Source: Patescibacteria group bacterium
GTDB lineage: Bacteria > Patescibacteriota > Minisyncoccia > Phycocordibacterales > UBA9973
DNA length: 64,000 nt
Assembly (NCBI GenBank): GCA_038063915.1
Contig: JBBTUE010000005.1
Location: 10,547-74,546, forward strand
Direction of reading: 5' to 3'
Shown: positions 35,792-45,374 of the stretch, piece by piece
Position numbering within the stretch: position 1 is the stretch's first letter
How the letters are laid out: each line of letters starts with the position of its first letter
The notes under the pieces: generated by a model
The model's input: the letters and a program-made list of their open reading frames with translations, nothing else
Databases searched by the model: none
What the model was told of the DNA's origin: nothing
Program-made: the position numbers and the translations under genes

Positions 35792-36952
35792 CTATTTCTT
35801 TCTTCGAAGGAATGCTGGAACAGTGCTCCAGTCGTCTGTGTCGTCTATAAATAGGTCATCTTCTTTTTCGTTCTTTTTAATATAATCTTTGCCAGTCTCT
35901 TTTGATACAGCTTGGACGATGTCTTCCTTCGTAGCATTAGCAATAGTTTGCTCACCAGCGCGAGCTTGAGCTTGGAATAGTGAGCGCCTTGGCATGTCAG
36001 TAGGGAAGCCAGTGGCGATAACAGTGACTTTCATCTCACCTTTCTTGAGCTTCTCGTCGCGAATAGTTCCAAATATTACTTTTGCTTCTTTGTCTATTGA
36101 TTCTGTTATTATTTTTGCGGCTTCACTTATCTCATGGATTGTCAGATCATCTCCACCAGAGATTGCAAAGAGTACTCCTTTAGCGCCAGAAATTGAAAGG
36201 TCAAGCAGTGGAGAGTTTATAGCCATAAGAGCTGCTTTCTCAGCACGTCCTTCACCTGATGCAATACCTACACCCATCAGTGCACTTCCTGCATCGTGCA
36301 TGACCGCTCTGATATCTGCAAAGTCTACATTGACCATACCAGGGGTAGTGATAAGCTCAGAGATACCTTCAACAGCTTGCTTGAGAACTTCATCACACAT
36401 AGCAAAAGCCTCCCTGAAGCCGACATCCTTACCAGAAATTATTATTAGTCTATCGTTTGGTATTACAAGTATTGCATCTACTTCACGCTCAAGTAAAGCC
36501 AAACCTTCATCGGCCAATTTCATGCGTTGATTACCTTCAAATGAGAATGGTTTGGTAACTACGGCGACAGTTAGAATTCCTTGTTCCTTTGCAGCTTGAG
36601 CAACAATAGGCGCAGCACCTGTACCTGTACCACCACCCATACCACAAGCGATGAATACCATATCAGCACCCTTGATGACATCTTGGATTTCTGCTTTTGT
36701 TTCTTCTGCGGCACGTTTACCGATTTCTGGGTTCATACCAGCACCTAGACCTTTTGTAAGATTTTTACCAAGATGAACTTTCTTTTCAGCAAAAGAATTG
36801 TGCAAGTCCTGCGTATCGGTGTTCATCGAAATGAATTCAACTCCCTTAACTTTTGAGCTGATCATGTGATTGAGTGCATTTTTACCTGAGCCACCAATCC
36901 CTATAACTTTAATTCTAGCGAATGATTCAATGTCTGGATTAATTTTAGCCAT
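35792..36952 (-). CDS. ftsZ: cell division protein FtsZ
   Basis: GGGTGTGAAP tubulin signature. Confidence 0.95.
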   Translation of the reverse strand: MAKINPDIESFARIKVIGIGGSGKNALNHMISSKVKGVEFISMNTDTQDLHNSFAEKKVHLGKNLTKGLGAGMNPEIGKRAAEETKAEIQDVIKGADMVFIACGMGGGTGTGAAPIVAQAAKEQGILTVAVVTKPFSFEGNQRMKLADEGLALLEREVDAILVIPNDRLIIISGKDVGFREAFAMCDEVLKQAVEGISELITTPGMVNVDFADIRAVMHDAGSALMGVGIASGEGRAEKAALMAINSPLLDLSISGAKGVLFAISGGDDLTIHEISEAAKIITESIDKEAKVIFGTIRDEKLKKGEMKVTVIATGFPTDMPRRSLFQAQARAGEQTIANATKEDIVQAVSKETGKDYIKKNEKEDDLFIDDTDDWSTVPAFLRRKK

Positions 36953-37058
36953 ATATTATATAGGTTAATTACGTACGTTAATAATCTCATCTACGTAAAT
37001 ACATAATAGCAGAAATTATTAAAAAGGCTAGGTTCGCCATTTTTGACAAAACTAACTT

Positions 37059-38234
37059 TTATGGTAAAAGTTGAGACAAAAGAGATTTGAAAAATCCTTT
37101 CACTTGGTTCACGTTATCACCGATTGAGTGTTCTCTATTATTATTTACAGATCCATCGGTCGCGGAGAGTGCAAGTCCAAACGCTGTATACCAAGAAAAA
37201 TCTCTAATTTTTAATTTACTATTTATTGATCCATCTATCGGTCCGACACGGCAGGGAAGCTTGAGCTGAGCGCGAGCCAGCTCTTCAATGCGATTAATAT
37301 GAGAACCACCACCAGTGATAATAACTCCAGCTGGTAGTAATTCGTAACGGCGCTGACGTTTTAGGTGGTTACCAACTAGTTCAAATATATCAGAGAGGCG
37401 AGCCTCTATTATCTCATCTACTTTTTTCTTTGGGTAGTCGCCGCCGATGACAGAACCAAGTTTTAGACTTTCTGCTTCCTCTAGTGCGATACGGAATCCG
37501 AGCGCGACATCCTTTGTAATATCCATACTACCGATAGAGAACACTTGGAGCGACATAAGTAGGCTATTTTCAAACACTGCTATTGATACTGTCTCTGCTC
37601 CTATGTCTATAAGGGCGCAACCCGCCGCCTTTTGTTTGTGATTGAGTAGTATCATAGCACTTGCAAGTGGTGAAGCCACTACGTCCTCGACTTCGATTCC
37701 AGCAAGACCAAGCGCAGTGATGAGGTCTTCGATATTTTGCTTCAGGCAAGTGATAAAAAGCGTCTTTACTTCAAGCTTTACACCCTTCATCCCTTCAGGC
37801 CTCCCGTGCAAATCCTTGCCATCGAGCTTGTAGCCTACGGGAATCATATGGATTATTTTTTTATTTAAAATTTCTAGGTTTTCCTCAGAGTCGGCAAGAG
37901 CCTTTGAAATATCCAGATGAGTCACTTCCTGATCTGCGCGAGAAATGATAACCTGACCGTTTGATACTATTGACCCAAGACTAATACCGCCGATGGAAAC
38001 ACAAGCTCGCTTGATCTTATAACCCAAAGTTTTCTCGGCTTGAGCCACGGCGTCCTTTATACTTTTTGTAACGTGATCGATATTAGTGATATAGCCAAGA
38101 CGCATACCCATGGTACTTGCGAGTCCTGTCGCTAGTAAGTAGGGAGTCTTATCTTCTTTTGCGTAGCCCATAACCACGACCCGCGTCGTATGCGTGCCTA
38201 CATCTATACCACATGTGTAATTAGTTCGTGCCAT
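37059..38234 (-). CDS. ftsA: cell division protein FtsA
   Basis: Actin-like ATPase motifs (GIDVGTHTTRVVV, DIGAETVSIAVF), immediately upstream of ftsZ. Confidence 0.9.
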   Translation of the reverse strand: MARTNYTCGIDVGTHTTRVVVMGYAKEDKTPYLLATGLASTMGMRLGYITNIDHVTKSIKDAVAQAEKTLGYKIKRACVSIGGISLGSIVSNGQVIISRADQEVTHLDISKALADSEENLEILNKKIIHMIPVGYKLDGKDLHGRPEGMKGVKLEVKTLFITCLKQNIEDLITALGLAGIEVEDVVASPLASAMILLNHKQKAAGCALIDIGAETVSIAVFENSLLMSLQVFSIGSMDITKDVALGFRIALEEAESLKLGSVIGGDYPKKKVDEIIEARLSDIFELVGNHLKRQRRYELLPAGVIITGGGSHINRIEELARAQLKLPCRVGPIDGSINSKLKIRDFSWYTAFGLALSATDGSVNNNREHSIGDNVNQVKGFFKSLLSQLLP

Positions 38235-38255
38235 TAGAAATTTTAGAGAGAATAT

Positions 38256-38648
38256 CTAAGAGAACATCTTTAGATATTTCTTCTCCAGTCTCTCCATTGT
38301 ACTACTATGTTTGAATCCTTTCAAATGTAGACAACCGTGGATAAATAGGTATTTTAAGAATTTTGAATAAGTCATGTCGAAGTCCGGCGCTTCTTTTCTG
38401 ACCAGAGCCAAATCGAAAGTAATTTCACCAGAAATTTTAGATAACGGGAAAGAGAGGACATTAGTCGTATTGTCTTTACCTCGATACTTTTTATTTATTT
38501 TCTTTTGCTCGGTAGGGGAGAGAAAACTAATAGATAAATCGTATTTAGCCCCGAGTATTTTATTTTTAATTAAAGCAAAAGGCACTCCGACCGGAGTCGA
38601 AGTACCTTTTGCTTTGTTCACAGTAGTAACTAGGTCCTTGCCTGCCAT
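38256..38648 (-). CDS. ybeY: rRNA maturation RNase YbeY
   Basis: HGCLHLKGFKH zinc-binding motif. Start placed at MAGKDL to avoid overlap with rpsU. Confidence 0.85.
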   Translation of the reverse strand: MAGKDLVTTVNKAKGTSTPVGVPFALIKNKILGAKYDLSISFLSPTEQKKINKKYRGKDNTTNVLSFPLSKISGEITFDLALVRKEAPDFDMTYSKFLKYLFIHGCLHLKGFKHSSTMERLEKKYLKMFS

Positions 38649-38652
38649 ATTT

Positions 38653-38904
38653 TTATCTACGCCCTCCACGCTTTACGATAACTTGAGCTTTACCGAGCTT
38701 GAGTAGCTTCTCGTGGTTTTTCCTGCGAGCCAATCTTTTGAGTGTAGCTTGCTTTGTCTTCAACTTCGATAGATCACGCTCGTTGTAGCGTTTGCTTTTG
38801 ACTTTCTGGATTATGCCAGTCTCTTGAACCTTGCGCGAAAAACGGCGAATCAAGTTCATGTTGCTTTCGTTTGTATTTTTCTTTACTTCTATAACAGTTA
38901 TCAT
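38653..38904 (-). CDS. rpsU: 30S ribosomal protein S21
   Basis: ITVIEVKKNTNESNMNLIRRFSRKVQETGII...RYNE parallels the bS21 IKV-EN-ALRRFKR pattern. Confidence 0.75.
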   Translation of the reverse strand: MITVIEVKKNTNESNMNLIRRFSRKVQETGIIQKVKSKRYNERDLSKLKTKQATLKRLARRKNHEKLLKLGKAQVIVKRGGRR

Positions 38905-38959
38905 ATGTAGGCCCTATAGTATCATATCTTCCTCCCCGAGGCAAGAAACTGACTCTAAT

Positions 38960-40912
38960 CTATAGCAAATCCTCGGGGTCTACGTTGATGGAGAATGATG
39001 GAGGGAGGCTAAATAGGATATCAGCGAGGTGGGAATGCTCAGGTTTGCGCTCGGCTGTTGGCAACTGCCATCCCTCTCTATCCACTTTTATCACAGTGTT
39101 TGTAATGTATTGCCCTTTTACTTTACCAATAAATGCGCTAAATATCTGAGGGTCGTAAATCTCAAGAGTGCTATTTAGGTAGTTTCTGGCTTTCTCGGTC
39201 TCACTTGCACTGCCAGAGAAAGTGATTTTTATAAGTCGCTTGAATGGTGGATAGCCGAAACTTTTTCTCTCTTTCAAATCTTCACGATAAAGAGGCAAGA
39301 CATTGCCAGAGAGTATGTATGTCAGTATCTGGCTCTCTGGTATACGCGTTTGGATAATAAGATTGCGAGTTGTAATGTAGTGGAGTTTTTCGATGATGTG
39401 GAGAATCTTTTGAGTAATATTAAAAGAGGGAATTGAGAGAAGTCCATCGAGCGAAATGATAGCACTATGAGTGACGGCACTGTGGAGATAAGTGAAAGCC
39501 ATCTCTGTGCCGATGAGGATACTGCCTGGCTTCTTGTAGAATGTATTGATAGTACTAAGGGCTTCTTTATCAGTGGGAGTCGTCTCTTTATCTATTTGCA
39601 AGACATTTGCTTTTGGGAACAAATCTCGCACTTCTTCATACACACGATCAGTGCCTATGCCAAGTGGAGTTAGGTTCCAACTCCCGCAATTTTTGCATTT
39701 CACTTCCGTGGTCTCTTTATGGCCGCACTTATTGCACATAAATACGCGAGTGTTCTCTATCTTGGTCGAAGTGCGTTGCTTGGCGCCATAAAGTACGACA
39801 GGGTTTGAGCAATTTGGGCACAGGATCGTATGTCCGCAATCGTGGCAAACAGTGACTCCAGCTAGACCTTTACGTACTGAAAATAAGAATACGGATTCAT
39901 TGTTCATCAGCGCATGCTCAATCATTTTCTTTGTTTTATCGGATAGGACTTTAAATTTTTTTCCTCCCTTCTCGTCTAATTCTTCCTTCATATCTATAAC
40001 TATTTGTCTTTCAACCTCAGGTAGCCGAAAAAGAGGGGAAGCTATTTCGCCGAGCTCATCTTGGTCACGACGATAAAGGGTATCAGGTCGGAGCAGTGTG
40101 TCGCCAAAAATTAATTTGGATTTATTTATTGAAGATAAGACTTCTACAAAGCTACGTATGTCTACATAGGGTTTGGTCCACTGCTTGTAAGTGTCCGAGC
40201 TTTCATGCTCGAGGATGATGGTTTTGATATCTCTGCGGGGGATAGAGAGGAACATGCCAGTGCCGATAATAAGTATTGGGTGGGGTTGGGCCAAGCTCGC
40301 GTTATACGAAGAGATGGAGCTCTTTTTTGTCATATCTCCATGGAAGGTGAATACGTATTGCTCGATACCTTTTATCAAGCTCGCCTGCCATTCGTTTATA
40401 TCGTATCTAGTTGGTACACATAAAAATACCGACTCCTTCTTTGCAAATGCCTCCCTAATGAGAGTACGATAAAAAGCCAGTCTATCTGGAGTTAGTGCTT
40501 GGAAAATTAGTTTTTCATGTTTTATATTCTCTGGCCTATCAATAGTTTCAACTGTTTCTAGTTCCTTCAAATCTTTTATGTTATCCAAAAATACACTAGG
40601 TAGCATATTTTGGATCACACTGCCTGTCGAGCTTATTACATAATCTTTCATACGCTCACAGGCGATAAAGAATTCTTTTGTAAAAGGCGAGCGACCTTTT
40701 ACGCCAATTATTTTCTTTAGTTGATACTTGGCGCTTTTTAAATCAGTTTTTTTGGAGCGAGCATCCTCCATGCTTATAACGATGGCGTCTATAGTTTTTG
40801 CTCGCACAGGCACAGTCACAATAGTCCCAAGTGGTATATCTTGCAGAGAAAAATATGACAGATACTCTTTCTGAATTCCTTTCTTTATAGGTATGACTGT
40901 AGCTATATACAT
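38960..40912 (-). CDS. priA: primosomal protein N-prime (PriA)-like, with degenerate helicase ATP-binding motifs
   Basis: Cys-rich zinc region VCHDCGHTILCPNCSNP...CNKCGHKETTEVKCKNCGS and PriA-like domain order. Where motif I is expected the protein reads ALTPDR, and motif II reads LEHES. Confidence 0.75.
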   Translation of the reverse strand: MYIATVIPIKKGIQKEYLSYFSLQDIPLGTIVTVPVRAKTIDAIVISMEDARSKKTDLKSAKYQLKKIIGVKGRSPFTKEFFIACERMKDYVISSTGSVIQNMLPSVFLDNIKDLKELETVETIDRPENIKHEKLIFQALTPDRLAFYRTLIREAFAKKESVFLCVPTRYDINEWQASLIKGIEQYVFTFHGDMTKKSSISSYNASLAQPHPILIIGTGMFLSIPRRDIKTIILEHESSDTYKQWTKPYVDIRSFVEVLSSINKSKLIFGDTLLRPDTLYRRDQDELGEIASPLFRLPEVERQIVIDMKEELDEKGGKKFKVLSDKTKKMIEHALMNNESVFLFSVRKGLAGVTVCHDCGHTILCPNCSNPVVLYGAKQRTSTKIENTRVFMCNKCGHKETTEVKCKNCGSWNLTPLGIGTDRVYEEVRDLFPKANVLQIDKETTPTDKEALSTINTFYKKPGSILIGTEMAFTYLHSAVTHSAIISLDGLLSIPSFNITQKILHIIEKLHYITTRNLIIQTRIPESQILTYILSGNVLPLYREDLKERKSFGYPPFKRLIKITFSGSASETEKARNYLNSTLEIYDPQIFSAFIGKVKGQYITNTVIKVDREGWQLPTAERKPEHSHLADILFSLPPSFSINVDPEDLL

Positions 40913-40955
40913 ACCCTTATCCTAGCATAACTTCTATGCTATAGTAGACTCACAT

Positions 40956-41969
40956 ATGGCATTTTTTTCTAAAAAATTGGGAATAGATCTCGGCACAGCC
41001 AATACGCTCGTGTACCTGCCAAACAAGGGGATTATCCTAAATGAGCCCTCTGTTGTGGCTGTCTCTGAGCAGGACAATACAATACTTGCTATTGGAGCTG
41101 AGGCCAAAGACATGATAGGCAAGACCCCTGATAGTATTATCGTCTATCGCCCAATGAAAGATGGAGTTATAGCAGACTACCGAGTGACCGAAGCAATGCT
41201 CCGCTACTTCATAAATAAGGCCCTTGGTAAATATAATTTATTCAAACCAGATGTCATGGTCTCTGTACCCGCAGGAATTACTTCGACCGAGCGTCGTGCG
41301 GTTGTCGAAGCGGCAGTCCGTGCCGGAGCAAAGAATGCATACGTAGTCAAAGAGCCTATACTTGCAGCTATCGGGGCAGGTATTCCAATACATGAATCGA
41401 AAGGACATATGATAATGGATATAGGTGGAGGCACGACTGATATTGCTGTTATCTCGCTCGGAGGAATAGTAGCTTCAACTTCAGTTAAATGTGCTGGTGA
41501 CAAGATTGACCAAGCTATAGCCGACTATATAAAGAAAACTTTCAACCTCGCTATCGGGGATAAGACGGCGGAGGCAATAAAAGTAAAAATTGGCGCAGCC
41601 GTACCTCTTGAAGAAGAACTCACTATTACTATCAAGGGCCGTGACTATATCCAAGGTTTACCTCGCACTGCCCAAATATCTACCAACGAAGTAGTGCGCG
41701 CAATCGACAAAGAACTTCGGACTATGGTCAGTGCTATCAAAGATGTCTTATCACAGACTCCACCCGAGCTTGCCGCAGACATTATTGATGACGGTATAAT
41801 TATGACAGGTGGCTCATCTCAGCTTCGTAATCTTGCCGATCTAGTATATCGTCGTACTGGAGTCAAAGCCTATGTGGCCGACGAACCACTTCTATGCGTT
41901 GCCCGAGGCACAGGTGAAGCCCTCAATCATTTGGATACTTACAAGAAGACAATTATAAGTAAAAGGTAA
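40956..41969 (+). CDS. mreB: rod shape-determining protein MreB
   Basis: LGIDLGTANTLVY and DIGGGTTDIAVIS actin-fold motifs. Confidence 0.9.
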   Translation: MAFFSKKLGIDLGTANTLVYLPNKGIILNEPSVVAVSEQDNTILAIGAEAKDMIGKTPDSIIVYRPMKDGVIADYRVTEAMLRYFINKALGKYNLFKPDVMVSVPAGITSTERRAVVEAAVRAGAKNAYVVKEPILAAIGAGIPIHESKGHMIMDIGGGTTDIAVISLGGIVASTSVKCAGDKIDQAIADYIKKTFNLAIGDKTAEAIKVKIGAAVPLEEELTITIKGRDYIQGLPRTAQISTNEVVRAIDKELRTMVSAIKDVLSQTPPELAADIIDDGIIMTGGSSQLRNLADLVYRRTGVKAYVADEPLLCVARGTGEALNHLDTYKKTIISKR

Positions 41970-41971
41970 AA

Positions 41972-42670
41972 ATGGATAAATTTAAAGATTTATTCCCGAG
42001 TAATCTGTATCATAGCTATGTCGTAGAAGGTAACCCTAGTTCGGCTCCAGGGGAACTTCGGGAATTTTTCGAGCATCGTGGTGATATAGAAATACAAAGT
42101 CCTGACACTTTTTTCCAAATTTGCGATTCGTTTACAATGGACGATAGTAGTAAATTAAAAGAGTGGCACTCTCTTCTCGGTACAAGTGGGGGTAAACGCA
42201 TGTGCATCATCGGTGCCAAATTTATCAATCACGACGCCGAGAGAACATTACTTAAAATTATAGAGGAACCTGCCGAGGGTACCCACTTTTTTATAATTGT
42301 GCCAAACTCGCAAATATTGCAGGATACTATACTCTCCAGAGTGCATATAGTAAAGACCACTCCATCAGAAAATAATCTTTTAAAAATTAGCACAACAGAA
42401 TTTATAAAGTCTACATTGAAAGAAAGGATAGATAGTATTGCTAAAATTATTGATGAACACAAAGATGAGGAAGGCAGTGGTGGAATAAGATATAGAGCTA
42501 TAGAATTCGTAAATAGTTTAGAGAAAACTGTTTACGAAAAATGGAAATCGGACAAGCAAAATAATAATCTCCAATTTTCACTCGAAGAGCTTGCTCGTGC
42601 CCGCGATTTTCTGTCTACACCGGGGGCTTCTGCCAAAATGATTTTAGAACATATCGCCCTTGTGCTATAA
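41972..42670 (+). CDS. holB: DNA polymerase III delta-prime subunit-like
   Basis: AERTLLKIIEEPAEGTHFFIIVPNSQILQDTILSRVHIV matches the delta-prime sensor region (LLKTLEEPP...TI-SRC). Confidence 0.65.
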   Translation: MDKFKDLFPSNLYHSYVVEGNPSSAPGELREFFEHRGDIEIQSPDTFFQICDSFTMDDSSKLKEWHSLLGTSGGKRMCIIGAKFINHDAERTLLKIIEEPAEGTHFFIIVPNSQILQDTILSRVHIVKTTPSENNLLKISTTEFIKSTLKERIDSIAKIIDEHKDEEGSGGIRYRAIEFVNSLEKTVYEKWKSDKQNNNLQFSLEELARARDFLSTPGASAKMILEHIALVL

Positions 42671-42681
42671 TCTAGGAGTTT

Positions 42682-43215
42682 ATGAGTTATAACACTACGA
42701 ATTTCAAACAAGAATTAAAGCATATTGAGGAATGGCTCTCGAGGGAGTATTCACAAGTTCACACTGGTCGTGCTACGCCAATGGTACTTGATTCTATTAT
42801 GGTAGAGAGCTATGGGTCTCACATGCCGATCAAGAACGTCGCAGGGATTACTATTGAAGATCCGAAAACTCTTCGCATAGCTCCATGGGACAAAAATCAG
42901 ATCAAAGATATTGAGACGGCTATCGCTTCGGCAAATCTTGGGCTTAGCGTAGTGTCAGATAGCGATGGTGTGCGAGTAATATTCCCAATGCTCACTACCG
43001 AGAATAGAGCAAAGCTCGCAAAGATTTTGAAAGAAAAGCTAGAAGACGGGCGTATAAGCGTCCGAAAGGAGCGAGGGGATGAGATGAATAAAATTGGCGA
43101 CCTAAGTGAAGACGAAGAGAAACGTGCCAAAGATGATATCCAGAAATGCGTCGATGAAGCAAATAAAAATCTTGAAGCAATTTTTGCTAAGAAGGAGACA
43201 GAGGTTATGCATTAG
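42682..43215 (+). CDS. frr: ribosome recycling factor
   Basis: GRATPMVLDSIMVESYGSHMPIKNVAGITIEDPKTLRIAPWDK. Confidence 0.9.
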   Translation: MSYNTTNFKQELKHIEEWLSREYSQVHTGRATPMVLDSIMVESYGSHMPIKNVAGITIEDPKTLRIAPWDKNQIKDIETAIASANLGLSVVSDSDGVRVIFPMLTTENRAKLAKILKEKLEDGRISVRKERGDEMNKIGDLSEDEEKRAKDDIQKCVDEANKNLEAIFAKKETEVMH

Positions 43216-44312
43216 TGATGAATATTATAATTTTTCTAATAATTTTACTTGTACTTGTTGTGTCCCATGAATGGGGCCACTTTATTGTTGCCAAGAAAAG
43301 TGGAATACGAGTAGATGAATTTTCTTTTGGATTTCCTCCAAAGCTTTTTGGTGTTAAAAGAGGAGAGACGTCATACAATTTCAATGCGCTTCCGTTTGGT
43401 GGATATGTGAAAATTTTCGGAGAGAACCCAAATGAAGAATCGTTAAATGGACCAGATAGTAAGAGAAGTTTTGTAAACAAACCTTGGTACACTCAAGCTT
43501 CAGTATTAGTCGCTGGAGTTGTGATGAATTTTATTGTTGCATGGATATTACTCTCGATTGGATTTATGTCTGGCTTGCCGTCATCTGCAGGTCAAGTTCC
43601 AGAGGGTACTGTACTATCTAATCAAGCTCTGACTATCACGAGCGTACTTGCGGGTTCACCTGCTGAGAAAGGGCAGTTGAAAGTTGGCGATAAGATTACG
43701 CTTATGAAAGCGGGAGATGATGCGACAGAGACTCCTTCGACTACTAGTGTGCAATATTTTATAAAGAAGCATGGCAATGAGCCAATTACGATTTCATATT
43801 TACGAGGATCTGAGACAAAAGAAGTAATCGTCACTCCTGAAATTACAAAAACATCCGATACTCCTATGATAGGTATATCGATGGATATAATTGGTAATCT
43901 TAAACTCCCAGTTCATAAAGCGCTATTTGAGGGATTAAAATTGTCTTGGGACCTAGTTGTCGCTACAGTCCAAGGTTTCTATCATCTTATATATGATGGA
44001 CTAAGTGGCCATGGAAGCTTGGCTGGAATCACTGGTCCGATAGGCATAGTCGGAGTTGTAGGCGATGCGGCAAGCTTTGGATTTATCTACCTTCTATCAT
44101 TCACAGCCCTGATATCTATAAATCTTGCAGTTATAAATCTGATTCCATTCCCAGCGCTCGATGGGGGACGATTGCTCTTCTTACTTATTGAAAAAATAAA
44201 AGGCTCACGCATAACTCCTAAGATCGCAAACACAGCGAACGTGATCGGATTTGGACTACTTATGATTCTAATGGTAGTAATAACCTATAACGATATAGTG
44301 AAGTTGTTGTAA
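43215..44312 (+). CDS. rseP: RIP metalloprotease RseP (site-2 protease)
   Basis: HEWGHFIVAKKSG HExxH motif in TM1, PDZ domain, LDGG motif. Confidence 0.85.
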   Translation: MMNIIIFLIILLVLVVSHEWGHFIVAKKSGIRVDEFSFGFPPKLFGVKRGETSYNFNALPFGGYVKIFGENPNEESLNGPDSKRSFVNKPWYTQASVLVAGVVMNFIVAWILLSIGFMSGLPSSAGQVPEGTVLSNQALTITSVLAGSPAEKGQLKVGDKITLMKAGDDATETPSTTSVQYFIKKHGNEPITISYLRGSETKEVIVTPEITKTSDTPMIGISMDIIGNLKLPVHKALFEGLKLSWDLVVATVQGFYHLIYDGLSGHGSLAGITGPIGIVGVVGDAASFGFIYLLSFTALISINLAVINLIPFPALDGGRLLFLLIEKIKGSRITPKIANTANVIGFGLLMILMVVITYNDIVKLL

Positions 44313-44449
44313 AAATTGACTCATTTAGACTCCTAATACCCTTGGATCTAAAGGGTATTTTTTATTGACAATATCTGCAATTATGATATAATACGGGAAA
44401 ATAAATTAGGACTCAAAACTTAAATTTCTGAACCTCGTAAACCATTTAT

Positions 44450-45253
44450 ATGAAAAATATTCTTTTTCTTATGTTGATTTGCATGGCTTGCTCTTCATCA
44501 GTAACTGAGGAGACCACCTCAAGTAAAAAAAATCTGAAAGCGAAGCCTATCCAGTTGGGGTTTACCCAAAAATTTCCTGATCCTATATTTGATAACCTGA
44601 ATATGATTGGGGATGTCCAGGAGTGGGGAGTTCCTGGTGATGCCGGCAAAATTAGCCGTTCACTCCGGTTTAAAAACATAACCGCAGCAGTTGAAAAGAA
44701 GTACGGTTTGCCATCTGGATGTCTAATGGCTATGATCTGTCAGGAATCATCTGGTGCCGATTTATTGCCAAATAGTGGCGATGACGGTGGCTATGGTCTC
44801 GTTCACATGCAGCCTTGTACTGCCCGTGAATTTGGACTCAAAACATATGCAAATTGCAACGAACTCATTTGTAAGGAGCATGCAAGGAAGTTGGAAAAAA
44901 TCATCGAAGAAAACAATTACGATCGTAAGAAAGTAATAAAATTCGATGACCGCCTACACCCTATTCTAAATATAGATGCAGCAGGAAGAATGGTTGCATA
45001 CTATAAGAAAAAAGGAGGATTTGACTACGCCATGAAAAAATATTCAGGCAGGGCAGGTTACGCTTCGCAAATCAAGCGTTTCATGAAGTTGTTAAATTCC
45101 GCAAAGTACATTAAGGCTTTGAGTAAGCGTTTCAACGCTGATAACCCTGAACTTAAATGCAACGGGAAGAAAATTGATTTTGATGGATACTTAGCAAAGT
45201 CCCGCCAACAAAATTACAACTATGGTCTTCAGAAATATATAGACCATAAGTAA
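44450..45253 (+). CDS. lipoprotein/secreted lytic transglycosylase (SLT) domain protein
   Basis: CLMAMICQESSGADL...GGYGLVHMQ parallels the SLT catalytic E-S and GLMQ motifs. Signal peptide with a lipobox-like LICMAC. Confidence 0.65.
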   Translation: MKNILFLMLICMACSSSVTEETTSSKKNLKAKPIQLGFTQKFPDPIFDNLNMIGDVQEWGVPGDAGKISRSLRFKNITAAVEKKYGLPSGCLMAMICQESSGADLLPNSGDDGGYGLVHMQPCTAREFGLKTYANCNELICKEHARKLEKIIEENNYDRKKVIKFDDRLHPILNIDAAGRMVAYYKKKGGFDYAMKKYSGRAGYASQIKRFMKLLNSAKYIKALSKRFNADNPELKCNGKKIDFDGYLAKSRQQNYNYGLQKYIDHK

Positions 45254-45271
45254 AATAACTAAAAAGAAAAA

Positions 45272-45301
45272 CCTCTCCGATGACTCGGAGAGGCCTTTTT
45301 A
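45272..45301 (+). terminator. rho-independent terminator (CCTCTCCGA-tgac-TCGGAGAGG followed by a T-run)
   Basis: Perfect 9-bp stem followed by CCTTTTTATTT. Confidence 0.6.
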
Positions 45302-45374
45302 TTTACATTTATCAAAATCTATGATACAGTGATTAGACATTTCGCCACGAGGCGATTTTATTTTAACTAAAATT

